64,000 nucleotides of DNA from a virus (Duplodnaviria > Caudoviricetes). The stretch covers positions 20,260 through 84,259 of the IMG/VR virus record IMGVR_UViG_2738541308_000001. The stretch is one strand, 5' to 3'. Position 1 is the first letter of the stretch. The number at the start of each line of letters is the position of its first letter. Below are positions 59,431 to 64,000 of this stretch, in pieces. The notes below the pieces were generated by a model that was given only the letters and a program-made list of their open reading frames with translations, was not told the DNA's origin and did no database searches. The position numbers were made by a program, and so were the translations under genes.

Positions 59431-59756
59431 TGCCGGATATCCGACGGCCAACTCCCACCGGAGCTCTGAACCTGCCGACTCTCGGCGACTTCGTCTACTG
59501 GTACCGATTCGACGACGACTCGGACTTCCCCGCAGGTCTCGAGCTGTACTTCCTGATCGGTGACCCCGGTCCGTCACAAACCCGATGGAACTTCGAGATC
59601 ACCGGGCACATCGCACGTTTGAAGATCGAATCCGAGATCGTGGCGACCATCAAACCGCGCACAAAGTACTGGCTCATGCTCAAGGACACGACAACCACGC
59701 CCACCACCGAGCAGGAATTGCAGACCGGGCAGGTGAAGAAGGTGAATGCGCAGTGA
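59430..59756 (+). CDS. Tail-fibre associated protein
   Basis: GDFV, FPAG..LY, GQV; precedes fibre. Confidence 0.75.
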   Translation: MPDIRRPTPTGALNLPTLGDFVYWYRFDDDSDFPAGLELYFLIGDPGPSQTRWNFEITGHIARLKIESEIVATIKPRTKYWLMLKDTTTTPTTEQELQTGQVKKVNAQ

Positions 59757-61345
59757 TTCTCGTAGGTAGTGACGGTGAACGTATCGATCTTGGCGCGGAA
59801 TCGACTCCCGGTGGGGGCGTGCTAGTTCCGTTGGAGGGCCCTCCCGGCAAGGATTCGACCGTTCCAGGCCCACCGGGTAGAAATGTCGACGGCATCATCC
59901 TCTCCGGCGACAATCTGATCTTCGACATGTCGCAGGGCGCAGACATCACCGTCGCTGTACCCGCGATCACCGAAGCGAACGAAGCAGCGGGACGGGCCGA
60001 AGACGCCGCCGAAGTCGCAGTCCAGACCGCAGCAGGGATCCAAGATGTTGCGTCCGATGCAGCTCAGGTTGCAGAGGATCGACTCGCGGTGGAGTCCGCG
60101 GCTTCCGCAGTCGCGACCGACCGTCAGACCGTATCTGACGCGCGCGGCGTCGTGGTCACAGCGAAGGGCGACGTCGAGCAGATCAAGACCGAGCTCGTGC
60201 AGGTCAAGGACAGCATCGAGAACACAGCTGGCCTCGTTGACCAGACACTGGAGCAGTACGGCGCACAGTTCGTAGCGGAGAGGGAGCTGTCGCAGCAGGC
60301 GGTAACCGATGCGACGCTGCAGGCACAGCGAGCAGAAGCCGCAGCCGATGACATAGTCGCAGGCTCAGTTCTCGACAACGCCGTCACAACACCGAAGCTA
60401 GCTGACGAAGCAGTGACGAAGGGAAAGACCTCCACCGGTGTGCAGGCTTCCCTCGCACGAGCGGACACATCAGTGCAGGAGGGTGACCCGAGACTGACCA
60501 ACGCCCGCACTCCAACCGCCCACAGTCACCCTGAATCCGACGTCACAGGCCTAACCGCGAAACTCGCAACCAAGGCTGACCTCGATAGCAACGGGGTACT
60601 GGTTCAGTCGCAGATCCCGGCCGTCGCGATCCGGGACTTCCTCGGCGCTGTATCGACACAGTCAGCGATGCTCGCCCTGGTCGGGCAGAAGGGTGACTGG
60701 TGCACGCGGTCTGACCGAGGTTCCGACTTTCAGATCATCGGCAACGACCCGACGCAACTTGCGAGTTGGCGCGAGAACACCTACCCGGCGTCACCTGTTT
60801 CTTCGGTCAATGGACGCCAGGGCGCGGTCACAACCCAGGCCGTGGACATCACCGACTCCACTGCCGTTGGACGCGCAGTGATGAAAGCAGCCGATGCCGG
60901 TGCCGGCCGACTTGCACTTGGCGTTGACGCGCCTTCCGACACGCGTAGCCCAACACCTGGATCGGTGACAATCGCGACGATGGCCTCTGCCGCGAAGCAA
61001 GACACTCTCCGCTACGGACTCTGGTCGGACACCCGCAAGGTCGGCACCGGCGATGGATTCGCACCCGACGGATGGGAGTTCACCTACCCGGTTGTGGTGA
61101 CGGGTTGGAAAGTGCAGCTCGGAACCGCTGACGCAGCGGGCGGTACTGCCACCGTCATTCAGATGCAGAAGAACGCGGTCGACGTCCCCGCCGCGAGCGT
61201 GAGTGTCGCGGCGGGAACGCGCACTGGGTCAGTGACGGGAGCGTTCGCGTTCGCGGCGGGGGATGTTCTGACGTTCGGGCAGACCTCTGTCGGAACGACG
61301 CCCGGCAAGCGAGCGTCGATCATCTTGTCGATGACGAGGGCCTGA
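59753..61345 (+). CDS. Tail fibre / receptor-binding protein
   Basis: GPPG collagen-like, DPRLTNARTP, VSSVNGRQGAV, DITDST.VGR modules. Confidence 0.85.
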   Translation: MILVGSDGERIDLGAESTPGGGVLVPLEGPPGKDSTVPGPPGRNVDGIILSGDNLIFDMSQGADITVAVPAITEANEAAGRAEDAAEVAVQTAAGIQDVASDAAQVAEDRLAVESAASAVATDRQTVSDARGVVVTAKGDVEQIKTELVQVKDSIENTAGLVDQTLEQYGAQFVAERELSQQAVTDATLQAQRAEAAADDIVAGSVLDNAVTTPKLADEAVTKGKTSTGVQASLARADTSVQEGDPRLTNARTPTAHSHPESDVTGLTAKLATKADLDSNGVLVQSQIPAVAIRDFLGAVSTQSAMLALVGQKGDWCTRSDRGSDFQIIGNDPTQLASWRENTYPASPVSSVNGRQGAVTTQAVDITDSTAVGRAVMKAADAGAGRLALGVDAPSDTRSPTPGSVTIATMASAAKQDTLRYGLWSDTRKVGTGDGFAPDGWEFTYPVVVTGWKVQLGTADAAGGTATVIQMQKNAVDVPAASVSVAAGTRTGSVTGAFAFAAGDVLTFGQTSVGTTPGKRASIILSMTRA

Positions 61346-61346
61346 C

Positions 61347-61994
61347 ATGTCGATGTACTGGTTCAACTCGGGGTCAGTCGATCTCGTACCGCAGATATCG
61401 GCCACCGTGTACCACTTCAAAACAACTGGCTCCACGCTGACGTTCAACCTGCCACCGGCCGAAGTGGGTGACATACGGATCGCTGCGGTTGCTTCGATCC
61501 GGGCCTACGTCACTACCCGGCCGCCTTCCGGGTGGGTCACCATTCAAGACAACGGCAGTTGGTCCAACAACAATCTGTTCGTTTTCGGCCGGGCCAAGCA
61601 AGCAGGCGATTCCGATGCCGTGTCCTGGGCCACCGCTGGATACGACAGTGAGTTCATTGTCTTCGTTGCGGTTCTTCCGCAGGTGCTGCCACTACCGAAT
61701 GCATCGGCAAAGACGGAAGGCACCGGCGTCACTTGGCCGACTCCAGCCCTTACAACGACTGTTCCGAACTGCCTTATCCTCCGCTACGCGGTCAGTTCGG
61801 GAACCGGTGTCGAAGACATCATCTGGCCCTCCGATGTCGAGCCAATCTTCGCCTACACGATCCCAAACAAGTTGACGCTTGGCGCGTCAATTCAGAAGGC
61901 AAAGGAGCCTGGTGTCTACCCCGCCGTCAATGCCGGGCAGAGCGCCAGCCGTCGTTTTTCGACCACATCGGTCGCAGCGGCACCGAGCAACTAG
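61347..61994 (+). CDS. Tail-fibre associated beta-rich protein
   Basis: PSGW, beta-strand composition; last late gene. Confidence 0.72.
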   Translation: MSMYWFNSGSVDLVPQISATVYHFKTTGSTLTFNLPPAEVGDIRIAAVASIRAYVTTRPPSGWVTIQDNGSWSNNNLFVFGRAKQAGDSDAVSWATAGYDSEFIVFVAVLPQVLPLPNASAKTEGTGVTWPTPALTTTVPNCLILRYAVSSGTGVEDIIWPSDVEPIFAYTIPNKLTLGASIQKAKEPGVYPAVNAGQSASRRFSTTSVAAAPSN

Positions 61995-62011
61995 ACCGGC
62001 GCGCCACAACA

Positions 62012-62048
62012 CCCCCGACTTCACCGCACCAACGGTCGAAGTCGGGGG
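62012..62048 (+). terminator. Terminator of late operon
   Basis: CCCCCGACTTC/GAAGTCGGGGG stem followed by T-rich tract. Confidence 0.65.
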
Positions 62049-62483
62049 CATTGTCTTGTTTCTTGTGGGGACCCGGCCTGGCCAAGTGCGGCCGGGTCCC
62101 GTCGAACGCCACCCGCGTTGAGCACACAACACGAATGACCAACCACGTGCCGGATCCAACCCCTCGGCCGAATCCGACAGGTCGAACGTATTCGGCAAGC
62201 ATCAGGCAAACGTGCAAATCGGACGGAAATCCACCAAACGAACGAAGGTGGCCCCCAACCTTGGGGGGAGGATCGGGGGCCGCTCTCGACGTTAGAGGGG
62301 AAGGGCCCACCCCCGGCGAGTGGACAGCCGGAGGGCAGGCCTTGCGCGGCTGAACTGACCACTCAGAATCGCCGCAGCAACAAAATGATATCCGCTTTTC
62401 GTGTGTCATAAACACATCAGCTGGCGGGGCCGAGCTGGTCTTCCCTTACCCTCCCGACCCCGCCTGACCGACGCTACCATTCA

Positions 62484-62499
62484 TCGAACATGTGTGCGA
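62484..62499 (+). promoter_or_regulatory. LexA SOS box-like site
   Basis: TCGAAC-ATGT-GTGCGA vs actinobacterial TCGAAC-N4-GTTCGA. Confidence 0.7.
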
Positions 62500-62509
62500 A
62501 TCTTGCGGT

Positions 62510-62759
62510 ATGTCGAAGATTGAGCGAGCGCCGCGGCGGTGCCCCAACGGCCACCCGCTCGCACCGAATCGAACGCTCGTCGGCTGGGAAGTCTGCGGTT
62601 GCGTCCGATGCCCACAACGGTGGGCATCGGACGCACTACTGTCGAGAGTGTGGGGCGACGATCCGGACGCCACCTTGCAGCGGCGCTGAACCCCAGGCCG
62701 ACCGATGGGCGAACCGCGCAGCGGAAGCCCCGAAATCCCCCGTTTACCCCCCGAATTGA
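62510..62759 (+). pseudogene. Frameshifted small Zn-finger gene
   Basis: CPNGH..VGWEVCGC in one frame, HNGGHRTHYCREC in another; intact homolog at 63028-63234. Confidence 0.8.
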
Positions 62760-62860
62760 AGTCTCGTGACTGTCATCTAGTGTCTAGTGGAGAACTAGAC
62801 ATAGCAGGCTGGGCGACGTTTTGACAACGCATCTACCTGCGTCTATGTCAAAATGACTTC

Positions 62861-62898
62861 TTAACGGACGGTTGCTGGTTCGAGTCCAGCCGGGGGAG
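62861..62898 (+). repeat. att core: 3' half of a tRNA (probably Asn)
   Basis: TTAACGGACGGTTGCTGGTTCGAGTCCAGCCGGGGGAG has T-arm and 3' acceptor strand, no 5' half upstream. Confidence 0.8.
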
Positions 62899-62908
62899 CG
62901 TTCAGAAG

Positions 62909-62947
62909 AATCCCTGATCCGCAGCAATGCGGATCAGGGATTTTTTT
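62909..62947 (+). terminator. Intrinsic terminator following tRNA fragment
   Basis: AATCCCTGATCCGCA-GCAA-TGCGGATCAGGGATT perfect stem plus T7. Confidence 0.92.
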
Positions 62948-63001
62948 GTTGCACGGTTATGTCGAAGGCCTGCCAGGCGCCGCGTGACCGACAGCTGTCA
63001 T

Positions 63002-63017
63002 TCGAATGTGTGTGCGA
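63002..63017 (+). promoter_or_regulatory. LexA SOS box-like site
   Basis: TCGAAT-GTGT-GTGCGA, same spacing to ATG as 62484 copy. Confidence 0.55.
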
Positions 63018-63027
63018 AGATTCTGAT

Positions 63028-63234
63028 ATGTCTGTCGAGTCTGCGCCGACCAGTTGCCCCAGCGGGCACGCCCTCACCGGTGGCACCTGTCTCGTCGGAT
63101 GGGAAGTCTGCGGCTGTGTGACGGCCGAGAATGGCGGGCATCGAACGCACTACTGCCGCAAGTGTGGCAAGACTGTGCGAACGCCGCCATGCGCCGGTGC
63201 CATGCCGCAGGCTGATCGCTGGCGCAGTCGGTAG
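63028..63234 (+). CDS. Small Zn-finger protein
   Basis: CPSGH..VGWEVCGC..GGHRTHYCRKC..PPC. Confidence 0.8.
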   Translation: MSVESAPTSCPSGHALTGGTCLVGWEVCGCVTAENGGHRTHYCRKCGKTVRTPPCAGAMPQADRWRSR

Positions 63235-63409
63235 ATCTACGCCGCCGCGTCCCTGATCGTCTATGGCAGACCACTGGGTTAGGTTTTTTTGGGGCGCGTG
63301 ACCGCGATGATGCGAAGGCTGGCGCTGATCAGCTGGATCCGGACGGGTACTCAGATATCTAGGGGAGGTATTCGTCCGAGATTTGATCGTTGTCAGGTAG
63401 GTAAGAACC

Positions 63410-64000
63410 TCACAATGCACTGGGAAGATAGTGCGCTTGGTCGTCCTGCACGGCCAGGTTCATGACTTCCTCGTATGCCTCCGGTAGTGGGTGCTCACAC
63501 GCACCTCCTGTCGGAAAAGCAACTCTCACACCGTGTCCGCTGGCATCGACCAGCCAAACCACAGGAGTGGGAATGGTCGACGCAGTGGGGCATTCGCCGA
63601 ACCACGGACGATCGAGCGAGGGCTGCGCCAATTCAGCGATGACTCGCGTCAAATCACCGCTTCTCCTCGTCTGCCTCAGGATCGCCCCACTGTTGTCGTC
63701 CGCGAACTTCAGGAATTCGCACACCACCACCGATGTCGGTTGGAAGCTCTCGGGAATCGTTCCTGCCGGAGGCAATGGGTCTACTAGGTACTCCGGTGAC
63801 TGGACCGGTATAGGAATGACCGCCTCGAGCACGTCAGGCGCCAGACATGTGGGTTGCCCGATAACCTGCCCCTGCGGGGCAGCTGCCGGGGACCGTCGGT
63901 CGTCCACAATCTGGAAAGCAACAACTACCCCAACCGCGAGAACAGCAACGGAGCCAGCCAATACCGGCCCCAAACGACATCGCCGCATATCCAACACCAT
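63410..64000 (-). CDS. Membrane-anchored hypothetical protein (host side)
   Basis: N-terminal TM, Cys-containing extracellular domain; start uncertain at window edge. Confidence 0.7.
   Translation of the reverse strand: MVLDMRRCRLGPVLAGSVAVLAVGVVVAFQIVDDRRSPAAAPQGQVIGQPTCLAPDVLEAVIPIPVQSPEYLVDPLPPAGTIPESFQPTSVVVCEFLKFADDNSGAILRQTRRSGDLTRVIAELAQPSLDRPWFGECPTASTIPTPVVWLVDASGHGVRVAFPTGGACEHPLPEAYEEVMNLAVQDDQAHYLPSAL

Larger units (their letters stand above)
1..62898. mobile_element. Prophage (siphovirus morphotype), left boundary outside window
   Basis: Syntenic terminase-portal-capsid-tail-tape measure-lysis genes, phage early genes, tRNA 3' fragment at right end. Confidence 0.95.

Noticed and set aside
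62861-62898. Intact tRNA gene
   Set aside because: No 5' acceptor strand or D-arm upstream; only the 3' half is present

Overview
Nearly the whole window (1 to ~62,900) is the interior and right end of a siphovirus-type prophage in a high-GC mycolic-acid actinobacterium (Rhodococcus/Gordonia/Nocardia-like, inferred from the LGFP-repeat endolysin and cutinase-like hydrolase). Order: leftward small early genes (1-6.3 kb); divergent control region; long rightward operon (SSB, DUF2303, DEDD exoribonuclease, RlaP-like nucleotidyltransferase, RusA, Ro60/TROVE preceded by five tandem Y-RNA-like genes, ScbR-like TetR, phosphoesterase, MazG-like, PIN moron); second divergent control region (~32.5-33.1 kb); PAPS-reductase-like module; packaging, head, tail, lysis and tail-fibre genes; then an att site (3' half of a tRNA, probably Asn) at ~62.87 kb and host DNA. 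The integrase and other att are not in the window. Main highlights: (1) a minor tail gene interrupted by a 46-nt GTC-TAG-hairpin-GTC insert with the architecture of a T4 gene 60-type translational bypass; (2) a five-unit Y RNA array (three tRNA-mimicking, two short) with Ro60 and other RNA-handling enzymes; (3) two 400-520 bp promoter regions with no CG dinucleotide that share operators, a near-duplicated promoter and rrn-like boxA motifs. All protein calls are by motif recognition; no database searches were run.
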